Below are positions 13,448 through 27,210 of a DNA stretch of 64,000 nucleotides, one piece after another (positions within the stretch are counted from its first letter, which is position 1; each line of letters begins with the position of its first letter). The position numbers were made by a program, and so were the translations under genes. The notes under the pieces were generated by a model that saw only the letters and a list, made by a program, of their open reading frames with translations, did not search any database and had not been told where the DNA came from. Source of the stretch: Squalus acanthias (Eukaryota); NCBI GenBank assembly GCA_030390025.1, contig CM059432.1, positions 120,344,001 through 120,408,000 on the forward strand. The letters run 5' to 3'.

Positions 13448-13767
13448 GGAAAAAAGCAGGAAATGAAATAGATTTAAAGCAAGTATAATGCTGGGAAAAG
13501 GGGGAGGGGATGAAAGAACAAAAGGGAAGGTCTGTGGTAGGATAGAAAGCAGGAAGCAGGAGAGATTAAGAGACATTGAGAGACATTAAGAGATATTCAA
13601 GGCAAGAGGAGGTGGTAATGTGACAGGTTGAGGCTAGATGAAGTGTGAAATGCGCTGGCAGAATGAAGGACAGCTGCCAGCTTCTGGGAGGGAAGAAAAA
13701 AAGGCCAAACAAAAGGGTGGATGAAAAAATAAAATAAAAATATATATATATGTGATAGGGGCCGGGG

Positions 13768-15960
13768 TTATGATCTGAAATTGTTGAACTCTATGTTGAG
13801 TCCAGAGGGCTGTAGAGTGCCTAAACGAAAGATGAGGTGCTGTTCCTCGAGCTTACGCTGAGCTTCAGTGGAACAATGCAAGAGGCCGAGGATGGTGAGG
13901 TCAGAGTGGGAGTGGAGCGGAGAATTAAAGTGACAGGCCACCGGGAGCTTGGGGTCCCCCTTACAGACTGAACGGAGGTGTTCCGCAAAGCGGTCACCCA
14001 ATCTACGTTTGGTCTCCCCAATGTAGAGGAGACCACATCATGAGCAGCGAATACAGTATAGTAAATTGCAGGAAGTACAAGTAAATTGCTGTTTCACCTG
14101 GAAGGGATGTTTGGGGCCCTGGACAGTGGGAAGGGGGGAGGTATAGGGACATGTGTTGCATCTCCTGCGCTTGCACGGGAAGGTGCCGGGCAAAGAGGAA
14201 GGGGTGCTGGGGGTGGTAGAGGAGTGGACTAGGGTGTCGCGGAGGGAGAGGTCCCTGCGGAATGCTGAAAGGGGAGGTGAGGGGAAGATGCATTTGGTGG
14301 TGGGATCACGCTGGAGGTGGTGGAAATGGTGGAGGATGATCCGTTGAATGTGGAGGCTGGTGGGGTGAAAGGTGAGGACAAGGGGAACTCTATCATGGTT
14401 CCGGGAGGGAGGGGCAGGGGTGAGGGCAGAAGTGCAAGAGATAGAACGGACACGGTCGAGGGCCGTGTCAACCACAGTAGAGGGGAATCCTCGGTTGAGG
14501 AAAAAGGAAGACATGTCGGAAGCACTGGTATGGAAGGTAGCATTATCAGAGCAGATGCGGCGGAGATGGAGAAACTGGGAGAATGGAATAGAGTCCTTAC
14601 AGGAGGCGGGGTGGGAGGAAGTGTAGTCCAGGTAGCTGTGGGAGTCAGTGGGCTGGTAGTGAATGTTAGTTAATAACCTATCCCCAGAGATGGAGACGGA
14701 GAAGTCGAGGAAGGGAAGGGAAGAGTTGGAGATGGACCATGTGAAGGTGAGGGAAGGGTGGAAATTGGAAGCATAGTGAATTAAATTTTCTAGTTCAGGG
14801 TGAGAGCAGGAGACGTCACCGATACAGTCATCAATGTACCGGAAAAAGAGGTGAGGGAGGGGACCCGAGTAGGACTGGAACAAAGAGTGTTCCACATATC
14901 CCACGAAAAGGCAGGCATAGCTAGGACCCATGCGGGTACCCATAGCAACACCTTTGATTTGGAGGAAATGAGTGGAGTCAAAGGAGAAGTTGTTCAATGT
15001 GAGAACAAGTTCAGCCAGGCGGAGGAGGGTGGTGGTGGATGGGGACTGGTTGGGCCTCTGTTCAAGGAAGAAGCGGAGCACCCTCAGGCCATCCTGGTGG
15101 GGGATGGAGGTGTAGAGGGATTGTACGTCCATAGTGAAAAGGAGGTGGTTGGGGCCGGGAAACTGGAAACTGTTAAAGTGGCAGAGGGCGTCGGAAGAGT
15201 CGCGGATGTAGGTGGGAAGAGACTGGACAAGGGGAGAAAAAATAGAGTCGAGATAGGAAGAGATAAGTTCCGTGGGGCAAGAACAGGCTGAAACGATGGG
15301 TCTACCAGGGCAGTCCTGTTTGTGGATCTTGGGAAGGAGATAGAAGCGGGCTGTGTGGGGTTGGGGAACTATGAGGTTGGCAGCCGTGGGGGGAAGATCT
15401 CCAGAGGAGATGAGGTCAGTGACTGTCTTGGAAACGATGGCTTGATGTTCGGTTGTGGGGTCATGGTCCAGGTGGAGGTAGGAGGAGGTGTCAGAGAGTT
15501 GGTGTTCAGCTTCCGCTAGGTAGAGGTCGGTACGCCAAACAACAACAGCACCAACCTTGTCAGCAGGTTTAATGACAATGTCGGGGTTGGATCTGAGAGA
15601 ATAGAGTGCTGCAAGTTCAGAGGGAGGTAGGTTGGTGTGAGTGAAGGGAGCAGAGAAATGGAGACGGCCGATATCACGGCGGCAGTTTGCAATGAAAAGA
15701 TCTAGAGAGGGTAAGAGGTCAGAGGGAGGGGTCCAGGTAGAACGGGAATTCTGAAAGCGGGAGAAAGGGTCAGCCGTGCGGGGGAAGACTCCTGGCCAAA
15801 GAAGTGGGCACGGAGGCGAAGGCAGCGGAAAAAGAGCTCAGCATCGTGCCGAGCTCGAAATTCATTGAGGTAGGGGCGTAAGGGGATGAAGCTCAGGCCT
15901 TTGCTGAGGACTGATCGTTCGGGGTCAGAGAGGGGAAGGCCAGAAGGGATAGTGAAAACG
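13768..15960 (-). pseudogene. Penelope RT-GIY-YIG endonuclease ORF, disrupted
   Basis: MDVQSLYT, GVAMGTRMGPSYA, FRYIDD, CKRRRCNTC, LYCIRCS*..YIGET..RFAEH; in-frame TGA at 14038-40. Confidence 0.9.
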
Positions 15961-17029
15961 CGACAGGGGGTGAGATTGGGAGGGATGAAAGAACAAAAGG
16001 GAAGGTCAGTGGTAGGATAGAAAGCAAGAGAGATTAAGAGACATTGAGAGACATTAAGAGACATTCAAGGCAAGAGGAGGTGGTAATGTGACAGGTTGAG
16101 GCTAGATGAAGTGTGAAATGTGCTGACAGAATGAAGGACAGCTGCCAGCTTCTGGGAGGGAAGAAAAAGTAAAATTAATATTTTTTAAAGAGCTCGTTAA
16201 TAAAATAAGGACATACAGACTAAAGTCAACTCAAATTGTGACAGACAAAAGTATTCTATTGCTGTTTGCTAGCTTGGTGAATATGGCATCAGCAGATGTT
16301 GCTTTCTATTTGCACTTTCTTCTCCAGGCTGAAGCAAAAGTTGGCTTGTTCTTGGGAGCCGTTAAATCGTTGTCAGCCCAGTTAGGATAGAATGTATTCC
16401 TCTGCTTCTCTCCCTGTTCTTTGGAAGAATCCATGCTGTCCTTGTTGATACTCTCACACATATATATATATATATATATATGAGAGTATGAATAAAGCCA
16501 CATTAGGTGAAGGGCAATGGGTACTGTATTTTCATCAGACTCAAACTGTACCCTGACACTCAAAACATCAGGAATTAAACAGTTGCACTTACAAGCCCAC
16601 ACAAAATTAGTCAAACGTTTAATGGAAGGTGCCGACTGTTTTATTAGTGTTATAAAATCTTAGAGAAAGGTCTATTTAACGCAGTCCGCAATCCACTTTA
16701 GGATTTTTTTTAGAAAGGGTTGGAAATCTACAACTATCTCATCATATCTATCATTACTTATCTATAGTCATACACTTTACAATCACTATAAATTTAAATA
16801 ACTATGCTGCTCGGTACTTTAACCCCTTTGATTCCACTCAGCTCTTCAATCAGACTGTAGCAAGTTCTGGCTGTCAAATTGTAATAATCTTGTTGTTTAA
16901 CAAATATGCATTGCGCTCATGCAATACATTCCTTCTGTAATAATTAGCAGCCACTGCTTTCAAAATTTGATACGAAAGACCTGAACTGCAACCTTGGGTA
17001 ATTGGGAGGTGCATTCGCTGGAACTCGAA

Positions 17030-17730
17030 GTGGATAGTTTTAAGCCCCAAAAGCGTGTGGGTTCGGGTCAGGTGTGAAGTTAAAATTTCAAACACGACCC
17101 CAACCTGCCACTTCCAGTTTTAACGGAGGCGGGATGGGGTGCGGGGGGGGGGAAGGCGCCCAATCCGCTCTCAGGAGGTGAATTGGTCATTGAAACCATT
17201 TAAGGAGGCTGCATGCCTCCATTATAACAGTGATTCTATTTTTAACTACTGTCGGCGAGTTTCCCTAGCCTCAGGAAACCCAGCAGGTAAAAGGAGGCGA
17301 GAAGGGCAGGATCCCTGAGGTAAGTGCCTTTACAGCGCTGCTTCCTCCTGGTTCAACAAGCTACCCTGTTAAATCCCCCCCCCGCCCCCATTCCCCTCCA
17401 CGATCTCCCCCAACCTCTCCCGTGATCATCGAACCCCTCCAATCACGCTCTACCCACCACCCCCCCCCTCCCCACAGCCCCCGCAATCCCGCCCCACCAC
17501 CACCGAACCTACCTGCTCCTGGGCTGCGGCCTTGTGTCACAGCTTTCCCAGCCCGACAGGTAATCAAGCCTATCAATCAGGCTGGCAGTCGGGCGGGGAA
17601 CCTGGAAACAAATTCAAACACGCCATGTAGTTCAAACTGCAGGGCATTCAGGGAAACCCGCTCTTCCGAGTTTCCCATCCATATCTCCTCCCTCCCCCGG
17701 TTCCAAAGCACGCCCCAGTAAATATCGGGG
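17030..17730 (+). mobile_element. GC-rich MITE family C (related pieces at 18655-19100 and 40860-41447, minus strand)
   Basis: Shared internal motifs (AGGTAAAAGGAGGCGAGAAGGGC..GGATCC..AGGTAAGT); terminal GGGGTAATTTTAACCCC at 41447. Confidence 0.65.
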
Positions 17731-17874
17731 CGTAAAGTGTTGGAAGTAGGCAAATCAGCCCCTCGGCCCTGTTCTGTCATTTAGTTATATCATGGCTGAT
17801 CTGTATCTTAACTCCACCTACCCTACATCAGCCATGGTGCAGGAACTCACATGGTGAGTTCCTAATCTCTGCTA

Positions 17875-18398
17875 TGGTAAACTTGAGCTCATCCAAAACT
17901 CGGCTGCCCGTGCCCTAACTCGCACCAAGTCCCGTTCACCCATCACCCCTGTGCTCGCTGACCTACACTGGCTCCCGGTTAAGCAGCGGCTCGATTTCAA
18001 AATTCTCATCCTTGTTTTCAAATCCCTCCATGGCCTCGCCCCTCCCTATCTCTATAATCTCCATCAGCCCCACAACCCTCCGAGATATCTGCGCTCCTCT
18101 AATTCTGCCCTCTTGAGCATCCCTGATTATAATCGCTCAACCATTGGTGGCCGTGCCTTCTGTTGCCTAGGCCCTAAGCTCTGGAATTCCCTCCCTAAAC
18201 CTCTCCGCCTCTCTACCTCTCTTTCCTCCTTTAAGACGCTCCTTAAAACCTACCTCTTTGACCAAACTTTTGACCGCCTGCCCTGATTTCTCCTTATGTG
18301 GCTCGGTGTCAAATTTTGTTTTATAACGCTCCTGTGAAGCGCCTTGGGACATTTTACTACGTTAAAGGTGCTATATAAATACAAGTTGTTGTTGTTGT
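17875..18398 (+). mobile_element. L2-type LINE 3' end
   Basis: LADLHWLPVKQRLDFKILILVFK...GRAF...LWNSLP...FKTLLKTYLF; (TTG)n tail. Confidence 0.9.
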
Positions 18399-19388
18399 TC
18401 TGGTGTCATATATAGGCACTGAGCAGAAACTCGGGAGCAGCACTGGCAGAAATTTGCAACAGTTTGGCAGGCTAACCTCTCAATAGGGAAAGTTATGTTG
18501 CAAACCAATAGAAGGAAGGCGACAAAATGCCAAATACCTCAAAAAATATATTTTAAGAACATTCAGCAGTTACACATACAATAGTTTTTGATTTTTAAAT
18601 GATTTTAATTTAATTTAGTTAATTAAAAAGCATATAAAATGGTCCCTATATTCAGTGGGGCGGAGTTTTGGAGCGGGGGATGGTGAAGATATGATCAGGG
18701 GAGATCGTGGAGGGGAGAGATGGGGGGTCGGGGAGAGTCAGAGCTTGTTGGTGTCGGGGAAGACTGGGGGTTGGTTGGTGATCACGGGGCTGTCGGGGGG
18801 AAATGAGGGGTTGGTGATGGGGGATCGGTGATCGCGGCGGGGGGTCAGTGATCGAGATGGAGTCGGTGATGGGGTGTGGTTGGCGGATGATCGTGGAGGT
18901 TGGGGGTTGTGTATACAGGTTAGCTTGTTGGGCCTGGAGAAAACACTCCTGCTCCTCCTGACCCACAAGCAGTGCTGTAAAGGTACTTACCTGATGGATC
19001 CGGCCCTTCTCGCCTCCTTTTACCTGCCGGGTTTCCTGAGTCCACTAATTGGCAGATTCCTCCTCCCCCTCCCCCATTATCCAACTGAATTAAACTCGAG
19101 ACTATGGGGGCAATTTTCCCAATGGAGGCGTGTTGGAGGCGGGTTTCGGTTTGGGTGGGTTCCAAACCCGCCTCCACTGAGAGGTGGGAAAAATTTGCAA
19201 TTTTCCCCTAATTGGCCAGTTGATTTCAGAGGTGTGGGTTCCCTGGGCCAATTAGTCTTTTGGGACTGAAACTCGCCTCTGTTGACGTCTCTTATCCAGC
19301 TTCATTTAAGGGCAGCTTGCTGCCTTGGCTCATTCCACTGGTTTTTGGTCGATGGTGCACCACCTCCAAACTTTTATCTGCTTCAACA

Positions 19389-21263
19389 ATGGCCAACTCC
19401 AAGGCAAGGGCCTCCCCGAGGTTCTCCGATGAGACACTGGGAATGCTGGTTGAGGGGGCGAGAGCCAGCAGGGAGGTGCTCTTCCCCTCATCTGGGAGGA
19501 AGAGGCCTCCCAAAGAAACCAAGGCTGTGTGGGTACAGCTGGCAAGGGATATAACCTCCAGATCTGTGTGCAGCAGAACATGGATGCAGTGCCATAAAAG
19601 GTTCAATGACCTTGTAAGATCAGGCAAAGTGAGTATACCTTCAGCTTGATCCTCATTCTGCTCCCCTTCTCCTCTCATCACCAGCACTCTGCACTGTCAA
19701 CCTCCTCCTATACATCCCACTTTACCCTTACAACCCTTGCACCCTTCACCATCCCTCTCACTCTATGAACCCAATCAATTGACTATTCGACTATGCTGCC
19801 CTCACACTCCCTTTCAATGTTATGCAATGACAATGACTAACAACGCACAGGGAGGGCCCTTGGACATGGAACCTCACTCTATCTTTGTCTCCTTCTAAGC
19901 ATCTATGCTCTGGAGTCTCTACACTCACTCCATCATTCTTACTCCAACTCCACTTGTCTCCCTCACTGCAGGAAAAGAGAGCCCACAATAGAAGGGAAAG
20001 GGCAAAGACAGGAGGAGGGCCACCTTCCCTCGCCCTTCTCACCCAGGCTGAAGAGGCGGCCCTGGACATCACCGGCGCAGAGGTGGAGGTGGAAGTGGGG
20101 GACGGACAGACGGGCGAGGCAGAGCAAGCTGGTGACAGAATAGTTTTGCCTCTCTCTCATTTACACTGCTTGAGTGACTGAAATGGCTGCTGGTGTACAT
20201 TATTAGAATGCCACTTGAGCAGCTGCACTATTGCATGTGCATGCCACACTTCCGTGAAATGTCTAACCCATGCCTTTACTCCCCCACAGGACCATCCACA
20301 GAGCCCCACCTCACTGTCGATGAGGAAGAGGCTGAGCAGCAAGACTCCTCAGGGGAACCTGCAACCTCTGAGGACGCAGCGTCAGCAGAGATAAGCTCAC
20401 CCAGCACCAGCGCAGATACACCTCGGTGGGACCTTCGGGACATAGATTAGTGTTGTCACCGTGTGTATCACATCTCACAGGTGAGCATCAGCAGGTGGTG
20501 GAGACAGGGATAGCAGTGAAGAGTCCTCAGCGGAGGTGGCAGGACTCTCCTAGCTCTGCTCCGCTGCATGTGGACCCTGTGCCTCTGGGTCCATCCAGAA
20601 GGAGAGCGATGCTGGAACTCCAGGAGCAGGTACAGGAATCCCTGACAGGTCTTGTCTCCAGGGTCACTGCGAGTGTGGAGAGGATGGAGGATGGCAACCT
20701 CTGTGGAAAGGTTGGTTATGTCCATGGAGGAAATAAGTCGTCAGAGTCAGGAAAACATGGCGATTGTTCAGAATAGACTGACATCTCTGGAGGAGCGATG
20801 GGCAGCTATTGAACAGAGAAACCAGACCTTCATGGAAGTCCTTTTGAGTAGGACTGCCAGTGCAGATACGGGTCCCCCTGGCTCCCCTGATGTGCAGCAA
20901 GGTGCTCTCAAGCCACTTGCAAGCGCTGAGGTGGACCTGACCCATGAGAGGTAAGTTGATGGCAGAGAACAAGGAAGTGGGGGCTCCTCTCCAAGTGCTC
21001 ACACTTCCATGCCACTGCGTAGCCCTCGGTCAGAGCCCCACCAGAGTCCGCATCCAACTGAGATGAGCATCTCAGCCCCTGCACTGCCGCAGGAGGAGCA
21101 GATGTTTGGCGAGCCCTCACAAGGCTTGTAAACCCAAAGGATGCCCGCCAAAGGTATCGAAGCAGGAGCAGCATGAAAGTGAGCAAGGGGCCTCCACTTC
21201 TGCTGAAGCCAGAGGAGGAGCACCACGTAGGAGCACGCGTAAGAGAAAAATAAAGCACCATTA
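19389..21263 (+). pseudogene. Harbinger Myb/SANT-like DNA-binding gene (exons 19389-19628, 19972-20131, 20290-about 21263)
   Basis: PRFSDETL..W..RTWMQCHKRFNDL; EKRAHNRRERAKTGGG; GT-AG introns; exon 3 frameshifted. Confidence 0.85.
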
Positions 21264-21529
21264 GTCACAGGGTAGCCACTTGGGTGATTGTTTATGTTTA
21301 TTGATGAAATGCCATCGCTGCATGGAAGTATAACAATGATTTGATGGCAAACAGTTGGTGTGATGACATCTGTTATTTCGCCTTAGGCAGCTCCACATTG
21401 CGGGCTCCATGACACTTGCGTGGTCAGGTTGGTGGCCAGAGTGAAAGGAGGCCAGAGAGTCATGCCCATTGTCTATCATGTGTTAAGATGGAGCCAAGGA
21501 CATATGCCAAAATGGGCAACCTATGAAAA

Positions 21530-22633
21530 TCTGGCCAGGATAAATGCATCCCTTGCATCACGGGCAGCCATGTCGATACAACGGCGCTCGGTCCTCCTCC
21601 TGCTCCTCCTCATCCTCATCCTCATCTGAGGAGGCTATGAACTGAGCCACTTGCTCTTCAGGAAGCTGCAAGCCATGACGCTATGCCATGTTGTGCAGTG
21701 CACAGCAGACCATGACCATTCTGGAGAACCTGGCTACTGAATACTACAGGGCTCCACCTGATCTGTCTAGGCATTGGAATCACATCTTCAGCAAGCCAAT
21801 GGTTTGCTTGATGATGGACCTGGCCACTACTTCAGGGGGTAGCCCTTGTCACCAAGGAGCCATCCATTAAGTTGGTTTGGTTGATTAAAGAGCGGAGGAA
21901 CACTGGAGTTCCGCAGGATAAAAGAGTCATGCAACTACCACAGAACTTGGCGCAAACATGCAAAATCTCATTCTTGTGGTTACACACCAGCTGTACGTTG
22001 AGGGAGTGGAAGCCCTTGTAGTTGACAAAGATAGCTGGGTTGTGATGGGGTGCCCTAAGGGCCACATGTGTGCAGTCTATGACGCCCTGCACCATTGGCA
22101 AGCCTGCCATATTTGCAAAGCCAACTGAATGCGCGGTTACACTTGCTTGATCCCTTGAGAAGTGGATGTAATTGTGGGCCTTTGCGAAAAGGGCATCGGT
22201 AACCTGCGTGATGCAACTGTGGGCGGTCGACTGGGAGATGCCGCTGATGTCTGCTGATGATCCCTGGAAGGAGCCTGAGGCAAAAAAGTTGAGTGCGGTG
22301 GTGACTTTGACAGCCACTGGTAAGGGGTGTCCACCCATTCCTCTGGGCTCCAAGTGTTGGTGCAGCAGTGCGCAGATGTCTCCGACAACCTCTCGCAAAA
22401 GTCTCAGCCTCCTTTGGCACTGCTGCTCACTCATGTTGAGGTAGTTCATCCTCTGTATGTAATCCCTGAGAGGGGGATATCTCCTGCGGCGACGTCCTTC
22501 CATGCACGTGTGCCTTCTGCCCTGTGCAGCATCAGGTGGGTGAGCAGGATGTTGGGGCTCCTGCTGCTGTTACTGCTGAGCTGCCTGGTTCTGCTGCTGC
22601 CGTGGCTGCTCCTCATCCGAACCTGAGCTCCAT
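21530..22633 (-). pseudogene. Harbinger DDE transposase, frameshifted
   Basis: [40 protein letters not shown]; acidic C-terminal tract. Confidence 0.9.
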
Positions 22634-23357
22634 GGTGAAAGGAAATAAATGGTTTGCATGCTGCCGGCAGATACCTCCGTTGGGGAAGCGCTCAGTCCAA
22701 GCGGGGAGAGGGTCTTCCAAGGAGGTCCCACAGTTGAGAGATAAAAGCTGCAGAACCTCCGACTTCGGTAGGCCTGCTAAAAGTTCTGAAAGACCTGTGG
22801 AACAAAAGTTCTGCCATCTGCAACTGCTCCCTGATGAAAGCTCTGTTTTAATGGTGGAGCTGCAGCTGTGAGGAGGCCACCCACTTGTCAACCCGCCAGG
22901 ATTAGCTGGCGTGGTTTAGGAGGGTCGTGGAACACGTTGAAAATGTGGTAAAATAACGAGGACCTGTCAAAATAGGATTATAGAGGCCCTTAACTACTAT
23001 TTAAGGGTCTTAACTACCTCTCTCGACTGATGGAGGCGGGACCGAATCGCACCCATCAAAACCGCCTTCGGAAAAATTGCGCAGAGGCGGGTTGGAGGCA
23101 GGCTCCGAACCCGCCCTCAGTTTTTGCCATTTTGCCAACTGTCCCACCTCCAAACCCGCCTCCTCGGGGCTGGGAAAATCGCCCCCTATAGGTCAAATTT
23201 TAAGAGATCCTGCACTGCAGGGAGCATTGTATCGGAAAACCAAGGGTGCACTGACCATGATTGCCATCTACGGTTTGGCAATAAGCAACTCACTGGACAC
23301 GAAGCCCCGCAGCTGGCATGGGATCTTGAAAGGTTTCATGCCGAAAACAAACACTCC

Positions 23358-24117
23358 GGGCTGGATTTTGAATGGCCCATGGAGTCGGGTTTGGAGGCGT
23401 GTGGTGGGTTAAATTTGCGGGGTCGGGGTTTCCGACCCCATCCTGCCTCCACGCAATTTTGACAAAATCAGTCGCGGGGTTCCCGACTCCGTCCCACCTC
23501 CAAGAGGCGGGAGAGGCCATTAAAGCCCTTAACAAGCTCTAAATTGGCTCTGTAATGCCATTTTGAAACGTTTTAGCTAGTTTAACCCTTTTCTGACGTG
23601 AAGTACGCCTGGTGTGAAACACTCCAGTGAAACCTGGCGGGAGCACAAGTGGACAGCTGACTATCAGCTGCAGGTCCACTATTACAACGGAGATGTGATG
23701 AAGGTAGTAGTAGTATTAGGTCTGAAAGTCACCGCTGCTGCATTGAATGTGTTCAGAGACTGCCTGGCCTTTGCTGTGAGAGGACTTGGATGCAAAAAAA
23801 ATATTCTCTCTCTCTCTCTCTCTCTCTCTCCTTCTCCCCCCCATATTTTGCATCCAGGTCCACTCACATCAAAAGCAAGCCAGGCAAGTCCTCTCTCACC
23901 AACAGTCTCTGAGACTAGGCAGTCAGCAATGATGACATCATCAGAGGCGACTTTCAGACTGAAACCACTAATTGGTTCATGGGTTCCCACATGCTGGAAC
24001 TCAATTGCCCAATTAAGTGAAAATTGCATCATTCATCCACATTAATCTGGAGTCGGGGGGGAAACACGAAATGCGGATTACACGACCCCAACCCGACCCC
24101 AAGACAAAATCCAGCCC
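23358..24117 (+). mobile_element. Harbinger-type MITE family B, copy 1
   Basis: TIRs GGGCTGGATTTTG / CAAAATCCAGCCC; TSD TCC; second copy at 29704-30323. Confidence 0.92.
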
Positions 24118-25856
24118 TCCAGGTGGATTCCCCGCTCAGGCCTGAGTTAAAATTACAGTCAGGTCTCAATGATGTCATCGGGTTGCAGCATGCATGTGTA
24201 AAGAAGGACCCTTTTGATCTGGGCATGTGTGTCCTTGCTGCCTGCTCAGGGGAGCAGGTTAAAATTGCAGATGTTGCAATCATGGCAACTTTTGGACAGG
24301 TAAGAGCCAGGGCGATTTTAACTGCCCACCCCGCCAGGTTTCTGCTGAGCGAGTCGGGTTAAAATCGCCCATCGTTTCAGCTCTTCAACCCTCGCTGCTT
24401 TAAGAACTTTAATTTATTCCCAATGCAGGCACCTCACAATCAAGAGGTGCTGTGCCTTTTTTTTTAACAAATATATGGGAATGTAAACTCATGAAAATAC
24501 AATAGGGTGGATTTTAAAAATTCATTATCCCCATGCAGAACTTTGTTTACTGGAAGGGTATAGCTGGAATCTGGGGGCGGAGCTCAATGGGTGCTGAAGG
24601 ATTTCCATCCATTTAAGTTAGTGTATAGGAAAATTCTGCAGGGCGCGCTGAGCCCAAATTCCTGATATGTGTGACTTGTGGGCATAACTTGTGCCTGGAC
24701 CATTAATTTGTTAAAATGTATTCTAAATAAAAATAAATAAAAGCCTCAAAAAGAAATCAATAAAATTAAGAGCAAAAGAATGATCAAGACTGAGAAAAGG
24801 CCATTCAGCTCATCAAAATTCATTCCTCTAGTACCCACTCTCCATTCTTGGCTCCAATTGTTTACTGAACACTACTAATGCTTTTGTCTATACTATGCTG
24901 CCTGGCAGGATCATTCAAAACATTTATCACCCTAGGAGTAAAGAATTTTTTTCCAATAATTGTTTGAAATTCGCTTTTCATGAAATATTTCAACCCCCTT
25001 AATTTACATCGCAAAGTACAGTGGTTGTTACTTTTAATTTAAATAGTCACTGTTACTGATATCTAAGTTCATTATTGATTTAGGTTACTTAAAGCTTGGA
25101 AACTGCTGCCAGTGTTAAGCCTAATCACGATGCTGTTTGATTATCACTAATCAGTAATTTAATGAGAAACATTTAGCCCTCACTTACCACCCATTTCTCG
25201 AATGCTGCAAAACTGCTGCAGAATGAAAGCTGGTTCCTTGCGCTTCAGCGTCCCTTTAAGCCCGGCGCCAGCTGCATTTCGGACAGCCCAATTTCGGGAA
25301 GAGGCTTCCAACAGGCGTGAGGCATATGCAAAGAGCATAACGCCTGTTTCAGGAACGGGTCCTGGACGCCTATACTGGAGCCTTTACCAATACAGTGGGT
25401 GGCGCACTTCGGTTCGGAACATGCGCCACATGCCATATTGGACGCTCAGGCTTTCATTCTGTGCCTGTAAAACAAGTAAGACGTGAACAAATTTCTGGGT
25501 CCTAATAAATTTATTCTAAAAGTAAAAGGAATTCCTTTTGCCAAATGTTGTTAAAGAAGATTTTCAAATGCATAATATTATACTAGTTCATTTACAAAAT
25601 GACCTGTATAATGAGGACTGGTCGTACTGTCCCTACGCTCTTGAACCTGATTGCAAATCCAGTGCAGACTGTTGGGATGTATTTTTCTTTTCTCTGACAG
25701 ATATAACGATCCTATGTAAAATGCAACTGGCCTATCATAACCCAGTTCCTCCCAGTAAACTCCCAGATCAATGGATATTCTCATAGTTAACATGAACTCT
25801 GGTGTAAATGTGAATATTGGTAGGGAAAGGCCACTAATTTACACAGTTCTTCATTG

Positions 25857-27014
25857 TGTAGGGGGTGGTGTGGTAGGGGTCAGCCTCACCTCTGACTCAG
25901 TGAGCGGTTCGAATCGCTCCCACGCCCCTGGTTCTAGACCTTGGACTTATTTAGGGGTCGTGAACAAAGGTGCAGTAGACAACAGGTTTGATGAAAGAAC
26001 TTTGACTTTTATTCAAGGAAGTAAAACACAACACAAACACTCTTATCACTCTAAAGGTGGGGAACACTTCGGTACAAGCGAGGGAAATAACCTTAGAAGA
26101 ATACTTCACCCCTCCCAATCCCACTTCACTAGCTAGGTTGGACTCTGGAGAACCAGGGATAATGCTCACCAAACGAATCCTTGACAGTTGAGAGTTAAGG
26201 TTTAGAGTCTTTTGAGTAAAAGGTTTCGTAAGGCCCTTGTTGCCGCGAGGTGTCCGATGGTCACTGAGGCAGTCGCTCTGGTTTCTTCTTGCGTGTCGGT
26301 CTGCTTGTGAAGTTGTTGGCCTTCTTTGTTGAACTTCTTGCTGTAACTCTGCCTCTGTTTAAACTGTCTTCTTCCGAGCTGTGGAACTGCCTTCTTGCAG
26401 AACTGTGGAAACTGCCTTTTGCCTGCTTGTCCTGAACTCTGTAACTCCAGCCCTGAATTCTTGCTGAAACAAGCTTTTCGATTGAACTGCAGAACTGCCT
26501 TCTGTTGAACTTGAACTATAACTGTTTGATGGGCCTTCAATTATACTAAATTGAAGTGGCCTTATCTACCCCAAATCAAATCCCGGTCATTGTAAGACCT
26601 CGTTAACAGTAACGATTTTACTAGCATGTTAACTGGTTTTGTAAATGTGTGAAGTGGTTTCTGGATAGCTCCATCCTGTCGATCTGTTGTTTAATCGGAG
26701 TTTGCATTGTCCTCATGTTTTGGGTTTCTTGCTGGGCTTAGGACTCCTATCTTTATGCATGTCTTTAATGGGTTCTGTAAGTGTCAAATGGGTTTTTTGT
26801 TGGGGATGGTTTGCATCCTGTCGATCTTCTTGGCTGATTGTTTTTTGATGGGATGAGACTGTCTTCTCCTAGGGTCTATTGTCAAAATGTTAATGCTTGC
26901 TGGGGCTTGAATGAGGTCATCCCGATTCCCCAGACAATGCAATTTAACTGCAATACCCAAAACTGCTTTTACAGAGGTCGAACCCACCTCCTGTGCAGCT
27001 TTTTCTCCCTTACA
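25857..27014 (-). mobile_element. Possible LTR (ERV-like)
   Basis: TGTAGGG...CCCTTACA termini; minus-strand AATAAA near 26010; no TSD seen. Confidence 0.4.
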
Positions 27015-27210
27015 GGTCCAGACATGTCTTTTAAAATGCCAAAACTTGGTTTTTGGTCTTAAATTCCTTATGTGAGGCCCAAATGCATTTTTATCACTCT
27101 GGGGTAGTTCCAAAGTCCTTTTTCCTTAGGTTTTGGGGATCAGCAAATTTTGGAAACCTTACAATTGCCTAGTTTCAAATGCCCCCAGGAGATTCAGAGA
27201 GAAAATACTT

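Larger units (their letters stand above)
13345..16166 (-). mobile_element. Penelope-like retroelement with direct partial pseudo-LTR repeats (13505-13700, 15980-16166)
   Basis: RT + GIY-YIG coding; direct repeats; 10-bp TSD AAGTAAAATT (13335-44, 16167-76). Confidence 0.93.
19106..23186. mobile_element. PIF/Harbinger transposon, full-length but decayed
   Basis: TIRs GGGGGCAATTTTCCC / GGGAAAATCGCCCCC; TSD TAT; convergent Myb/SANT and transposase genes. Confidence 0.95.

Noticed and set aside
16290..16460. Possible host exon
   Set aside because: No recognisable protein; no convincing splice pair; ORF runs through a (TA)n tract
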